Positions 1-29,492 of a DNA stretch of 64,000 nt are shown here, in pieces (the first letter of the stretch is position 1; each line of letters starts with the position of its first letter). Below the pieces are notes generated by a model. It did no database searches. It saw only the letters and a list, made by a program, of their open reading frames with translations, and was not told where the DNA came from. The stretch spans positions 2,480,001 through 2,544,000 of the forward strand of contig OZ218950.1 of the NCBI GenBank assembly GCA_965112735.1, read 5' to 3'. This stretch comes from Phaeosaccion multiseriatum (taxonomy: Eukaryota; Protista; Ochrophyta, other classes). The position numbers and the translations under genes are program-made.

Positions 1-3000
1 GAGGTTCTGAGCTTCTATTTTCGTGCCCCAAGATTGGTCCGAAGGCACCTCTCCTCCCCCCCCCCTCCACTTCCTTCCCTTTACCATCCGCTTACCCTGC
101 CCGGCCCTCTCCCTCCCTCCCACCCACCCTCAGACGCTGGCCTCTCTCTCTCCCCTCTCCGTGGGGCCTGCGGTGCTGGAGGTGGTGATACTCGCGCTGG
201 ACCCAGTGGCATCTGTGAATCACGCCCACCAAGCCCCCGCCGCCATGCGCCTTCTCTCTCAAGCCCTTCAACCTCTGCTGTACCCGAGGCCGGTCGTAGC
301 TCCCCACCTGCCCCTGCTGCTGCGGAGCATGGTGAGTGTGGTGGGGTGAGGCATTAGGCTGCGGGTAAAAATGGGTATATGGATATATGGGGTATATGGG
401 GTATAGGGGGTATAAGGGGGTACTCGACATTCACTCCGTCTGTTGTAGTTCATTCCGCTTCATCCCTACTGCTGTACGACCACGACTCAGTGCTTCAACT
501 TTCTTCTGGCATCATTGTACCTATATATCACCAACTGCTGCAGTTGCCCGGCATCGACCCCAACGACTTCAGCAAGACTCTGGTGACCATCTCCCTCGCC
601 TCCTCCGTGCTCAGCTGGATGCCCGTCCTAGGAGGAGGAGGAGGAGGAGGAGGAGGAAGAGGAGGTGGTGGTGGTGGTAGTAATGGTGAAACGACTACAC
701 CCCCAGCGGCAGCCTTACCGTGGGTAGATGCCTCACGGCCTGGAGCAAAGGCATACGACGAATCCACAAGGGAGGAGCTCGTCCGCTCGATGAACGACGT
801 GCTCAGCAGCGAGCGGGGCTTCATGCAGGAGTGGGCTTTGGCTCTGTTGGAGAGACTTACCCTGGTCATCGCCAGCCGCGGCAAGTCCGCAAAGCTCGGC
901 TCTATGGCTTCGGAGTACGATCCCATGGGTACGGTTGCCGCCATGGGGGGCCTTCACTCCGACGGCGGAGGGGGGGGTGGTATGCACGGGATGCTGCGTG
1001 CTCAGCAGGTGTGTGTATGGTATGCGTGCGTGTGCGTGCGTGTGTGTGTGTGTGTGCCTCTGTCTCTCTCACGTTAAGGTGTTTGCTCCTTATCGTCTAT
1101 GCTTTACAACAGAAGTTATGTCTCTTGTGATGTGTGGAGATGTTCACACTCACACACAGCCACCGCATTTGCCCCTCCCCCTCTCCCCCCCCGCCCCCTC
1201 AGGACGGGATGATGAGCCTTTCCATTGACCTAATGTGCAGGAAGCTCTTTCAACAGATGGACCCCTCTGCTCTAAGCAGCGCCGCCAAGCTGCTGCACAA
1301 GTAAGTATATGTAACGTTGTGTAACATTACGTCACATTTCAGCACTGCGTACGAGTCACGTTATGTTATGCTACGCTTCTCCCTCCCTCCCTCCCTCCCT
1401 CCTCCTCCTCGTCATCGTCATCGTCATACCCCCCCTCCCCTTCCCCAACGCCCCCTCCCCTCCCCTCCCCCCCCCCCCACCTTTCTTCTCCTTCCCTCCC
1501 CATCTAAGGTGGTGCTCGTCCCCTATCAACGATGGACAATCCAAAGACCCCGCCTTGATCCTGGGAGCGCTTGCCCAGGCCGACCCGGAAACCATTCTGC
1601 CTCTCTTCCTCCCCTCCCTCCTCGAGGACATTGGTGGCAGTGCAAGTAGTGACAATAGAGACAACAGAGACAATAGAAGCAGTGCCATGAGAGAGAGAGA
1701 CCTGCCGTCCGAACGAGTGATGCAGTGGCGTCTTCGCCTCGCTTCTGGCCTAGTCAGGCGGGCAGGAGCGACTCCCTCAATGTCGAGCACATCGACTTCG
1801 AGAATATCGATGTCGACTTTGGTGCAGCACGGGCCTCTGCTGACTCGGGCTATGGAAGTGGGATTGCGCCACTCGAGCAAGAAGGTCCGCAAGGCAGCAG
1901 GAAAGCTACTCAGGCACAGGTGAGGGAGGGAGGGAGGGAGGCATTTCGCACCGCACTTCGAGTGCTGCAGGCACACTGCCACACTGAAACTCGCACTGTC
2001 TGCCGCTACTAACAGACTGCGACACTGAAACTCGCACTGACTCACAGACTTACTGCCGTACTGACTTGCTGCCTTCCACTGACTTACTGCCGTATTCTCT
2101 TTTATGTCTCTCAGTCTCTCTGCGCTCACAGAGTCGTACACTCTAAACGAGGGGCGCTTCCTCGGCCCTGAGGAGTGGCGCAGGCTCGTTGTGCAACCAC
2201 AGCAGTTGGTAAATCAGCAGCAGAGCCTCCTCGCACGGAGCGTAGGGCAGGCGCGGCAGCACTTGCTTGAAGAGGGGATGGCAGTGGAGGGAGGGGTGAC
2301 GGGTGGGCAAGAAGAGATGGCGGTGGATGGGAGCACAGATGGCACTGGAGGGCTGGGGCTGGAGCACCAACACGCCAAGGAGCAACTGCTGGCGGTGCAT
2401 GCCGTTGGGGTGGAGTGGCATGAGCCTTCACCTCTGGAGCTCAAGCTTGCCGCCTCGCTGGTGCAGAAGTTTGTGGTGAGTGAGTGAGGGAGTGAGTGAG
2501 TGGGTAGGTGAATTTGGGGGTTGAGTCGCGCGCTATTTGCTTCAACTCTCTTCTCTCTCTCTGACTGTGCAAATTTTTCTCCCCCTCTGCCTCTCTGAGT
2601 CTTTCTTTCCCACCTCTTGCTCTCTTTAACTCTGTCTCTCTCTCCTCATCTCATCTCCTCTCCTCTCCTCTCCTCTCTTCTTTCCCCTTCTCCCATCTCC
2701 CCTTTCCCCTCCCCTCTCCTATTCCCTGCTTGCCTCTCCAGGTGGGCGCGATGACACGTCTCGGAGAAGAAGGACAACAAGAAGGAGGAAAAAGAGGAGA
2801 AGGAGGAGGAGGAGGAGGAGGAGGACGAGGAGGAGAGGAAGGGAGCGACAACACGGCAATGGCAGAGACGCAGAGTCCTTCTGCGGTCAAGACCAAGCAG
2901 CAGCGCCAGGAGCAGCAGCAGTCGGATGTGAAGCAGCTCCTCTACGGAGTGAGGGGATGCATAAGCGTCATGCACGACCTTTGCACACCTGCTGGACAAG

Positions 3001-6000
3001 GAGGAGGAGGAGGAGGAGGAGGAGGAGGAGGGGGGAAGGGGGCGAGGGATCGAGACGACGCTGTGCTGGCCACTGGAGCATCTCTTCTCACCACATTGGG
3101 CGAGCAAGGTGAGGGGAGGGGCATGGAGGGGTGCGGAGGGAGGGGAGAGGCACAAAACCAACCTGATGTAGATTTAAGGCGTGCAGCATGCCCATGGCCT
3201 TTTCGTATTGTGACGTGTACCCATCCACTGCCATCCCTCCGTCCGTCCCTCCCTCCCTCCCTCCCTTCCTTCCTTTCTCCCTCCCTCTCTCCCTCCCTCC
3301 CTCCTTCCCTCCCTCCCTCCCTCCCTCCCTCCCTTCCTTTCTCCCTCCCTCTCTCCCTCCCTCTCTCTCTCCCTCCCTCCCTCCCTCCCTCCCTCCCTCC
3401 CTCCCTTCCTTTCTCCCTCCCTCTCTCCCTCCCTCTCTCTCTCCCTCCCTCCCTCCCTTCCTTCCTTCCTTCCTTCCTTCCTTCCTCCCACCCTCTCTCC
3501 CTCCCTCCCTCCCTCTCTCCCTCCCTCCCTCCCTCTCCCTCCCTCCCTCCCTCCCTCCCTCCCTCCCTCGTCATCAGGCGAGGAAGGGGCAAACTTGCTC
3601 ACTCTTCTCACCGAGCTGAGAGGCCGTCTGTTGACCTTCTGCAGAGACCTTTTGGTTCGTCTCACACACCACACAACAGTCACAGATGCCGAACACCACG
3701 AGGAGGTGGATGTCAAGGCCGTCAAGAAGCTGTATGCGGTGGCGGAATGGGTGATGGAGTGCCGAGGAGCGCACACTCACAAGGCGCAGGTATGTGTGCG
3801 GATGTGTGAGTGTGTTGTGTGCGTGTGTTGTGTGTACGTATGCGAGTCTGTGTCTGTGCGGGTGCGTGCGTGTGTGTGTGTGTGTGCGAGACAGAGGAGA
3901 AAGGGGGGGTGCAAGACGGAAAGATGACTGAACCGCCGCTGCCTTGCTTGTCGTTCGAACTGAAGCCTCACACATCCACTGCCATCCATGGATAGAGTCC
4001 TCATGCACACGCACACGCTCACTCACGCAGTCACTCACGAAGTTCACTCATGCACACACCCATGCAAAACGCCCCCCACGCCCCCCCCCCTCTCTACTTG
4101 TCGCTCTCGCTCTCGCTCTCTCCTCTTGTGACAGGCCTACAGTTACATGTTGAGAAACAGAGGGGTCAATAGCCACGTGCTTTCCGGGGCAAGGAAGGAG
4201 TGGCTCGCACAGCTGCTGCGCAAGGGGAAGCAAGAGGGACAGGTGAGGGTGAGGGTGAGGATCATGGTGAGAGGGTCAGCACAATGCGGGCAGAGGAGAG
4301 GTGGGACTTGACACAAACTCCCTCTATTTAGACCGACCCTCCGTTGCGTTGCACTCTTCTTCCACCCTTCCACTGCCTTCCTCCAGTGGGCCTGACGAAA
4401 ACCATTCACCCCATGTATATATATGTATATATATATGTTTATGTATATATATATATATGTTTTTGTATATATATTATCTCCTCCCCCTCCTCCCACCCCC
4501 ATGCTTGCAGGCGCTCGATATGGAGGTGCTGAGGCTGGTGCACTCCAGCGACAACGCCATCTCCACTCGACTTATCCTCGTCATGCAGGCACAGCTGCAG
4601 CACCTCACGAGGATCCAAGAGGTAGGCCAGGGGGGTGCCAGGGGGTGGCGGGGGGTGGCAGGGGGTGGCAGGGGACGGCAGGGGATGGCTTCGGTTAGAT
4701 GGTAGTGGATGGCAGGGGATGGTAGTGGATGGTAGTAGATGATGGCAGGGGATGGTAGTGGATGGTAGGGGATGGCAGGGGATGGTAGGGGATGGCAGGG
4801 GATGGTAGTGGATGGCAGGGGATGGTAGTGGGTGACAGGGGATGGTAGGGGATGACAGGCACAGCTGCAGCACCTCACAAGGATCCTATTGACTTGTACA
4901 TGACTTAAAATAAGGCTCAAACTACCATACAGCCCCCCCCCCCCGGGTCTCCTCTAAGGGAGTCAGCCTACAGCCTACAGCCTACGATACTTACCACCCT
5001 CTGCCTTTCTCTCCTCCCCCTCTCCTCCCCTTCGTGTCTTCAGCTGGGGTACGCGATGGCGAGGGCCGTGCGGTTGAGAGAGAACAAAATGCACCGCGAG
5101 CACCAGGGGCCTCAGGTAAAATATGGCCCACGACTGCTCTCTCTCTCCTTCTCTCTCTGCCCCTCGCTCTCTCCCCCCCCCCCCCCCACTCTCTCTACCC
5201 CTTTCTGTCTCCCTTCCTCTCTCTCCGTCTCACCCCCCACCCCCGCTCCTCCCCTCCTCCTCCTCCTCCTCCTCCTCCTCCTCCTCCTCCTCCTCCTCCT
5301 CCTCCTCCTCCTCCTCCTCTTCCTTCTCCTCTCTCTTCCTCGTCCCTCCCTCCCTCCGTCCCCTCCCCTCCCCTGCTGGATCACCACTTGCTACCCCAGC
5401 CATACCACGACCTGTTTGAGCTGCACGTCTCCCTCTCCATGCACACATCCTCCTCCGTTCGCTCCTCAGCCCAAGCCGCCTTCGGAGGCGCTGCAGGCTT
5501 CTTCGGGCCCTGGAAGGACGCTTGCATCCCTCATTTGCTTGACCAGATTGCGCCAATGGCAGCAGCTTCTCCTCGCAGCAGCACCAGCACCAGCACCAGC
5601 AGCATCAGTGAAGGTGACGAAGGGGAAGGGCAGATACCTGCAAGCACAGTCAGAGGCAGGGCTTCCTTGCTTGCTTTCAGGCTTACGTTCGCGTATGGAG
5701 GGGAGGGAGTGAGGCAGGGAAGGAAGGGAGTACAAGCAAGGCGGTCTGGAGAAAGCTGACCCAGCGCTCTCTCTCTTTTTCTTCCTCCTCCTCCCCCCCT
5801 CCCTCTCCTACTGGCTGTCGCTATCATGCCGTCTTGATGTGCCCCACACAGTCCGTCCCGAGTGTGTGACCGGTGCCATGTACCTCATTCACGAGAGGAG
5901 GGTGCTCAGGCGTGTGGTCACCAAGTGGCCCTTCCTCTCGCGTAAGTACACTCACTTACACTCACTTCACTACTCTTGGGAGGCAGGGGGGGAGGAGAGG

Positions 6001-9000
6001 GGTGGAGGGAGGGAGGGAGGGAGGGAGGGAGGGAGGAAGGGAGAGAGGAAGGGAGAGAGGGAGGGAGGGAGGGAGGGAGGGAGAGAAGGAGGGAGGGAGG
6101 GAGAGAGGGAGGGAGGAGGAGGTTCCTTCGCACGCCCCATTTGGGATGTGTGCACAGCAGCAACAACGCCATCAACACACACGCACGCACCCACCCACTC
6201 ACATACCACACGCACACACACACCCACACCCACAGGCTTCTTGCTGGGCCTCTGCCGGAGCTCTGCGCTGTTGCACAACTTGCCGAAGGACCGCAAGGAG
6301 CGTACTTCAGCAAGGCTGCAGATCTTGATCAACCGCTTCATCGGAGCCAGGTAACTCTCTCTCACTCTCTCTTTCTCTTTCTCTTTCTCTCTCCCTCTCC
6401 CTCTCCCTTCCTCTGTTCTCTCTCTCTCTCTCTCTCGTCCCCACCCCCCGCCTTAATTGAATTCTAATATCAATGGACCCACTCTTCCCCCCTTCCCCCC
6501 TCTCCCCCTCCCCCTCCCCTCCTTTAGGCTACCCCTGCCACCCGTGTACAGCTTGGAGGACGCACAGACCCGATCGGCACTCATAGCAGGGCTCTTGGAC
6601 ATGCTCACGACCTCAGCTGCTGTACCATCAACTGCTGTATCACCAACTGCTCCGCCTGCTTCTGCCGCTTCTTCTGCCCCGCACTGGCGCCACCAACTCA
6701 TGGCTTCATGGGCTTTGCTGCACCTTGTGCCGGAGCCCCAGCACCCGCAGCAATTGGTGATACAGCAGCAGGAGGAGGACGCCCGACAGCTGCGTGCGCT
6801 GTGTGCGTGGTTCAGCAAGGGCCTTGCCGCTGGCGACGGCCAGCCGTTACAAATGGTGGCTCTAGGGGGCGTCGCCAAGCTTCTCAGAGCACCAACTCGT
6901 CAGGGTCGGACGGAGGCAGAGGCCGGGGCGGAGGGGGGGTCGTCCTCCACGCACCCGGCGCTCCTCCTCCTCCTGGGCAACAGTAGTGGCAGAAGTAGCC
7001 CCATGGGGAGCAGCAGTGGCGTCACAAATGGCGGCAACAGCGACGCTGCAACGGAAACTTCAACTTCAACTTCAACTTCAACTTCAACTTTTTCGGATGC
7101 ATTCCTGAAGGACTTGTTTAGAGCCCTTGCGCTGAACCACCGCAGAGACGCAGCAGGGCTCGAGGCGGGGGGCAACTCATCGTCGGGGAGGGAGCAGCTC
7201 TCTCTGGGCGTGAAGGAGGTGCTGGCGTTCGCCAAGAGGGAGGTAGGGGGAGGGAAACAGGTGTACCCCAAGAGTCGCCTCAGTTCCTTCAATGCCTATT
7301 TTGTGGTGCGCAATGCGAGGCTCGTAGAGTCACTCATACGATCCACCACCAGCTGCCATCCCACCAACACCATGAGCAGCAGCAGCAGGAGTAGCAGCAG
7401 TAGCAGCAGCAGTGGGTCAGGGTCAGGGTCAGGGTCAAGGTTGAAGCAAACTGAGGTGATTGCTCGGCTGATGGCCTGTGTGAAAGATGTCCTGGTGAGC
7501 GTTACACCGGAGGACCAACGCGTGTACGACATCGCTACGGCAGAGGTTGTGGCGGGGGTCATCAGAGCCGTTGTGTCCACTCGCGCTGGGCCGGGGGGGA
7601 AGGGAGGTGAGTGAGGGAGGGAGAGAGGGAGAAGGAGGGAGAGAGATGGAGGAGGGAGGGAGGGAGGGAGGAGGAAGGGGGCAGGAGTCAATGCCGCTTG
7701 TATGTGTGCATGTTTGTTTGTATGTATGTATGTATGTATATGTATGTGTGTATGTGTTTGTGTTTATATGTGAGCGTTGTTGGTGTGGTTACTCGAGTGT
7801 GCGTGTGCGCGTCTGTCGGTGACCTCTCAGGATTGTTGACGGTGTGTATCTGCCCTCCCCCCTACACAAGTGCCCACCTCTCTCTTTAAAACTAAACCTT
7901 CCACCCACCACCCAATCCCTCCAAACCCCGCATCCAAACTACACCCACGCCATCACAGCAGTTGGTGATACAACAGCAGCAGCAGCCGAACAAGACAAAG
8001 CCGCAAAGGCCATGTGGAGTGAAGTGCTCCCACGCCTCGTCCCTTGGCTGGAGCAAACAAGTTTCGACCACTCAGTGGACTTCTGTGATACTCTCCGCTA
8101 TGCCCTTGGCTATCGCGACGGAGAGGTGGTGCGATACACGCTGGTGGAGCCGCTTGTGACGCTTGTGGTGGAGCAAGCAACAGAGGTGTTGGGAGAGGGG
8201 AAGGCGAACAGCAGGGAGGGAGGGATGGAGATGGACGGTGAAGAGGAGGGCAAGGATAGCGGCAGAGGAGGAGGAGGAGGAGGAGGAGGAGGAGGAGGAG
8301 GAGGAGGAGGAGGGCCTTTGGGTAGAGATGACTTCTCGACGGTGGCGAAGCGGCTCCGGCTGCTGCAAGCGGTGCTCATGGAGCTGGGACCTTGTCTGGA
8401 CAGTCCAAACAGGAGTCGGAGGAGTCTCCGGGGGAGCCGAGGAGGAGGAGGAGGAGGAGGAGGAGGAGGAGCAGGAGAAGGAGAAGGCACTGTCGATTCG
8501 CCCTTGCCTCTGTGCTCCCCTCCCTCCTCCTCCCCTCTGCTCCTGCTGGGCTCTCGCCTGGCGCCTCTGCTGGTGCGAGCCATGTGCCTGCCCTTTAAGG
8601 CGTGTAGGGAGGAAGCCGCGCGCTGTCTGGCCCTGCTCACTTGCTGGCTAGACCTGCCAAATGAGTGGTAAGTGGGTAGGTAGGTGGGTGCGTGTGGGTG
8701 GGTGCGTGTGGATTGGTGGGTGGGTGGAGTGGGTGAATTAGTGTGTGTCCTGGCTCTCCCTTCGCTTCTCTCGTCTTCTCCTCTCACCTCTCCTCCTCTC
8801 TCCCCCCCTCTCCCCCCCTCCCTCCCCACCCTTCGCCTCTCTTGCCTCCTCCCTCACCTCCTCCTCTCCCATCTCCTCTACTCTCCCCTCCTCCTCCTCC
8901 TCCTCCTCCTCCTCCTCCTCCTCCTCCTCCTCCTCCTCCTCCTCCTCCTCCCTTGCCGTCGCCCACGCGCCCACAGGGTGCAGGACGTCGTCGGCTCCGC

Positions 9001-11171
9001 TGTGGCTATGGCCACGGCCCTGTCCGATGCTGCCGAAGCGTCTGTGGCGGTTGGTGATACAGCAGTTGGTGATACGGTAGGAATGAGTCTGGCAGAGGTG
9101 GAAGCCACCGCCGCGGCGGCTCTGTCCTCCATCAGCGTGAGCGGCGGAGACAGTGCTGCTGCAACAGTTGGTGATACGGCAGAAGCAAGCCGCGAAGGTG
9201 GCGACGCGATGGAGGTTGATCAAGACCCTGCAGCAGCAGCAGCAGCACCAGCACCAGTTGGTGATACAGAGGTTGTAGGAGGAGGGAAGGGAGGAGCCAG
9301 CAGTGCTTTCCGCAGCACGAAGACCAAGAAGAGCAGCAGCAGCGGCAGCAGCGGCAGCAGCAGCAGAGAGGAGCGAATGGCCCGGCACGGCAAAGAGACG
9401 GTTCTGGCCTGGCTGCAGACGGCCGTTGTGATTGGCGACGTCGCGCGTTGGCTTGCAGTGGTGCACCAACTGCTACCCATTGCTCTGTCCTCCGTCTGTG
9501 ATGCGGATGTGGAGCTGAGTGCGGTGGGGCGGTTCACGAGTATGACAGTCGCTCTACACATGTCGCATCTTGGTACTGTTGGTGGTACACTCACAGATGG
9601 TGGGATAGACACAACTGGTGGCGACGGTGACTCAGACTGTGACAATGATGATGATGATGAGAAGGAGAAGAACAAGAAGGAGGAGAAGGAGGAGGAGGGG
9701 GGGGTGGGGAGGGCAGGGAGGGCAGGGAGGGCAGGGACGGTGGTTGAGGTGCTGGGGCGGCTGAGCGGACATCCGTCCTGGAGTGTTCGGCAGCTCTCGC
9801 TCAGCTTCCTCACAGTATTTCAGGTACGTAAGTCAGTAAGTGGGGAAGGTGTATGGGTAGGCAGGCGTTTTGGTAGACGTACCTGTATAGGCAGGAGTAT
9901 GGGCAGGCACATGGGCAGCCTTATGGACAGGAATATGGACAAGAACGCGTGTGGGCAGGCGTACGGGCAAGCGTGTGGGCAGGTGTATGGGCAGGTATAT
10001 GGGTAGACAGGCAGTTTTTTGGGCAGGCGGGGGGAAGTCTCAAGGGGAAGGGGGGGGGGAAGGGCGGCATGGGCAGTGGTTCTCCCTTCCCTTCGCTCTT
10101 CTCCCCTCCCACTCCCTTCCCTTCGCCTCCCCTCACCTCACCTCCCCTCCCCTCCCCTCCCCTCCCCTCCCCTCCCCTCCCCTCCCCTCCCCTCCTCTCT
10201 CACCCTTCCCCTCCCCACAGTCGAAGCAGCTGTTCTCTCTTAGTGAGACTGAGCACGCTTCTCTCGACGCATTGGTGCTCTCTCTCCTGAGTGACAGTCA
10301 GCGCGAAGTGCAGCAGCAGAGCAAGGTTGCTCTCACCTCACGCCTCAATGGGGCAAGAGCTGACACCGCCAAGGAGTGGAGTGAGGCCTTTGCCAAGCAA
10401 GGTCAGTAAGTCACTGAGTCAGTGTGTGTGTGAGTGAGGTGTGTGTGTGTGTGCGTGTGTGTGAAGGCGTGGAGGTGAGGCCTTCGCCAAATAAGGTGTG
10501 TGTGTGTGTATGCACGCATGGGTGTAGACTGTGTTGGTTAAAGTAGCGATGTACTCACTACCAATGAAAGCATTTATCAACAACATCCACCCCCCATTCC
10601 TCTCCTCCTCCCCCCCCTCCTCTACCCTGCCCATATGCCTCCTCTACCCAGCCAACCTCGCAGCGACGGACGCTGCGAAACGCAGAAAGCGTCGCAAGCT
10701 CGAGGCTGCACGTGGCATCACCTCCTCCTCCTCCTCCTCCTCCTCCTCCTCCTCCTCCTCCTCCTCCTCCTCCTCGCCCCCCCCCTCGACCACCAAGGGC
10801 GTAGAAGCGAGTGTGTTAGGGCTGTCAGCGGTGGCTCTGGCCCATCCCTATGACATCCCCTCGCACCTTCCCTCTGCCCTTGTGGCGCTGTGCCGACACG
10901 CGGGTAGCGATGTGCCTCTGGCTCGGGAGAATTGCCTCAAGACCCTCACGGAGGTAGGAAGAAGTTCAGGGGGTTATTATGCCTCATAGCTCTTCCCTAT
11001 GTGAACACTGCCCCTTTCCCTCCCTCCCTCCCTCCCTCCCTCCCTCCTCCCCCCTCTTCGCAGTTTCGCCGAACACACCAAGATGATTGGGCGTCTCACA
11101 AGCTTCGTTTCTCGGAGGAGCAATTGGATGCACTCGATGACGTCATCAGCCCGCCTTCCTACTACGTGTAG
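1..11171 (+). CDS. PSME4: Proteasome activator PA200/Blm10 (multi-exon, 5' end outside window)
   Basis: Spliced exons give LPGIDPNDFSKTLVT and the diagnostic C-terminus YDIPSHLP...KTLTE|FRRTHQDDWASHKLRFSEEQLDALDDVISPPSYYV*, ending in an HbYX motif. Introns are GT-AG; poly-Gly and poly-Ser inserts are frequent. Confidence 0.95.
4681..4855. repeat. GGATGG(C/T)AG(T/G)G degenerate tandem array (intronic)
   Basis: Repeats with a period of about 10 bp. The same family occurs at 11180-11550, 18816-18990 and 41335-41375. Confidence 0.85.
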
Positions 11172-12342
11172 TATCGGGGGATGGCAGCGGATGGGGAGGA
11201 AGAGAGGATGGCAGTGGATGGGACGACGTCATCAGCCCACCCTCCTACTCTGTGAAGGGGATGGCAGTGGATGGGGAGGAAGAGAGGATGGCAGTGGATG
11301 AGACGACGTCATCAGCCCACCCTCCTACTCTGTATAGGGGATGGCAGTGGATAGGGAGGAAGAGAGGATGTCAGTGGAGGGAAAGAGAGGGAGGATGGCA
11401 AAGGAGGGAGCGAGGATGGCAATGGGTGGGGAGAGAGGATGGCAGTGGAGGGAAAGAGAGGGAGGATGGCAGTGGATGGGCATGGGTGAGGATGGCAGTG
11501 GACGAGGAGGGAGGATGGAAATGGAGGGGGAGAGAGGATGGCAGTGGATGAGACGACTGCTACTCACCTCCTATCGTGTACGTGTATACGGTGGGTGTGT
11601 AACACACCATCACACCCCGACAGTCTTACAACTCAAGTCCCTTTGTGTTGTTTCATGTACTACGATGTACTTGAGGTATAATAGAATATATAAACATGGT
11701 CCAGGCGGAGCCGCCGTACGTATACCCTCATACCCTCACCCTCCAGCAGTCGTCGCCAGCCGCACCGGATTCTTGTCCATGGCAAAACCGAGGCCACTCA
11801 GCAGCAGGACGCCCGCTTCGACGGCTAAGCTGAGCTGAGCTGAGCCAGCGATGATAATGGGGTCTTCTTGTCGAGGAGGCTGTAGCCATCTGCTGCCATC
11901 ATCGTCAGCAGCCTCCTCCGTGCCCCCAGTGGTGAAGTGGGGCAGCACTTGGTCAGCATTATGATGCCGTCGTCCGCCGTTCCAGTGTCAAATTTCAGTG
12001 CTTCTTCCCCTTTGAAACAAAAAACTATTAACGTAGTACTTCGTAGTATTATTACTTTTTTCCCTTTCTCCCTCCCTCCCTCCCTCCAGAGGGCAAGGAA
12101 GTGCACACGACCGAAATGACCCCCCTGCTGAGATGAGACTGAGATGAGAAGTTGCCTGAGCCTGCTGTACCAATCAAGCTCAACACTCTCAAGTACCGCA
12201 CTGAGAGGAGAGGAGAGGAGAGGAGAGGTGGTCTGTACGAATCAAGCACAACACGGATCCGCTGAGTATCGCCACGAAGCAAACAGGTCAGTTGGCCCAC
12301 ATCTCTCCTAATAAATCGTGTTAATTTCTTACTTTGCTGTCC

Positions 12343-12423
12343 ACCAGCTGCTGTATCACCAGCTGCTGTATCACCAACTGCTATATCACCAACTGCTGTA
12401 TCACCAGCTGCTATATCACCAAC
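12343..12423. repeat. Tandem array of the 15-bp unit acca(a/g)ctgct(g/a)tatc, a member of a dispersed motif family
   Basis: Five-plus tandem units just downstream of the IQ gene stop codon. The same motif occurs throughout the window. Confidence 0.9.
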
Positions 12424-12484
12424 CACTGCGGCTCTGCTGCTGCTGCTGTTGCTGCCAGCCTGCTGGTGCTCGTCAGAGCCTGAT

Positions 12485-27649
<15,165 letters not shown>

Positions 27650-27819
27650 ATCCGATTCCGGTCCTCAGCCTGTCCTCAGCTTACGAGCAGAGTCATTTGA
27701 AGGGCCATATTACCATTGTGTCAAAATCCGGTAAGTTTAACAGCTTGTTAGCGTGTTGGACGTCCGAATACTCACAAATGACAATTTTGCTAAAAGACTT
27801 CCTCTCTCCTCCCTATAGG
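27650..27819. promoter_or_regulatory. Very short divergent promoter region containing a probable 5'UTR intron (27731-27818) of the + gene
   Basis: Head-to-head ATGs are about 170 bp apart. Donor ccg|gtaagt is at 27731, and a pyrimidine tract + tag acceptor ends one base before the ATG at 27820. Confidence 0.5.
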
Positions 27820-29173
27820 ATGGAGGAGAGCACGGTAGAGGAGACGTCCGATGAGTACGTGATGTTGTCCTCTGACTTGTCGATCTCTGCCGTCATGAAC
27901 TCAGCAGCTGCTGTCCATTCGACACCGGCAGGTGAAGAAAAGAGGAAGAGAGGGAGGGAGGAGGAAGAGGATGAAGAGGAAGAGGAGGAGGAGGAGGAGG
28001 ATACTCGCGAGACAAAGGCAGAAGACCAGGATGTGATGAAGGCGCAAGCTGTTCCTGCTGCTGTGAGCGAGGAAGCAGGAGAGGAAGAAGCGGGCGCCCA
28101 GGAAGAAGAGGCGAACGAGGGTGATGCGGCCCAAAGTAGGGAGGAGGAGGAGGAGGAGGAGGAGGAGGAGGAGGAGGAGGAGGAGGAGGAGGAGGAGGAG
28201 GTCAGGAGAAGCGAGACTGCCAACGATGATGAGGCAGAAAGGGCGAGAGAAGAAGGGAGGCGAGCGATGGTACAGGGAGACTTTGCCCGAGCACTCCGGC
28301 TCTTCGAGATCAGCGACAGACTCGCGCCAAACGCGGACACACGGCAATACGGTACGTGCGAAGAGTGGAAACATGTTGGCACCCTCTCCTTCTACCGCAG
28401 CAGTGGCTCACACCACTACGCTCTCAGTTCACTTGCTCAATCCCTTCCCTAGTTCCTGCGACTGCCTGGTTTCGCCCTGTGTTACGCCTGACTCCATTCT
28501 GGCTGACCAACCCCTCCGACCCTCTCGTTCTGTTGACATATGTCCGACCTTCCCCAGCCTCGAGCGCCCGAGCTGCCATAGCGAGGCAGGAGGGAGGCGG
28601 CAGCCACAGACAACAACAACAACAGCAACAGCAGCAGCAGCACGAGCACGCTCATCTTCATCACCTCCACCACCACCACAACCCCAACACGCATACTCTG
28701 TTTGTTTCTCGCACCTTCTCCCTCGGCCACCCGTTGGTCATCTTCCTTGCCGCCGCTGCTGTCTACGGGTCAAGGCGCGCATTCGGAGGAGGAGGAGGAG
28801 GATGGGAGGCGGACTCCTCTGGGGTGGCCGGAGTGGGCGTGACGGCTGCGGCTTTCACCACTGCCAACCTGCTCCGGCTCGGATCGGCCATGGCAGCGGC
28901 GCTACTCATGGCTGCAGTGTTGATGCCGAGGGACTTTGACGAGTGGCTGGCGCTCGTCCACCTCTTTCTACCGCGCGTGGCGCAGAGGGGGCTCGCCCGT
29001 CTCTCGGTAAGGATTCTTCCGTCGGCTCGGAAGAAGCTCATCTACATGCTCCTGGTGATTGTTGCGCTTGCGGCCTACAAGTCGGCCGCGAGGATCGACC
29101 GTATGTCCTCCCCTGTACCATTAGCTTCGACCACACGCCACCCCGCTTCTCCTCGCTACATCGACCCTCTCCC

Positions 29174-29206
<33 letters not shown>

Positions 29207-29492
29207 CATGGATCCACGAGGTGGAGAAGGACGACGACGAACGGCACGACACCACCGACCGGAGTACGGGAACGATGGCATGGGCTGGAGCTACTCGACG
29301 GGCGGCGGGGGCGGTTTTGTTGGAGCAATTGGGAATTCCTTCATGTCAGGCGGGCTGTTGGGCTCGCTGCTGTATTCGGTGGCACTGACCTTTGTCCTCA
29401 ACGCCCTGCTGAACATTGGGCCGCTGTTGGGCCTGCTGGGGGGCTTCGGTGGACGCGGTGTTGATAACAACCACAACGCGGCAAGGGCATAG
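27820..29492 (+). CDS. Hypothetical membrane protein with an acidic N-terminus and a TPR-like helix pair
   Basis: Exon 27820-28351 and exon 28558-29492 join in phase 1. The segment EAERAREEGRRAMVQGDFARALRLFEISDRLAP resembles the TPR-like N-terminus of DNAJB12-type proteins. Several hydrophobic segments follow. No HPD J-domain motif is visible. Confidence 0.65.

Noticed and set aside
2942-3776. EGGR/PPSL-repeat ORFs, also at 17993-18313, 21852-22697 and 58496-59117
   Set aside because: They are artefacts of (GGGA)n/(CCCT)n and (GGAA)n microsatellites in introns.
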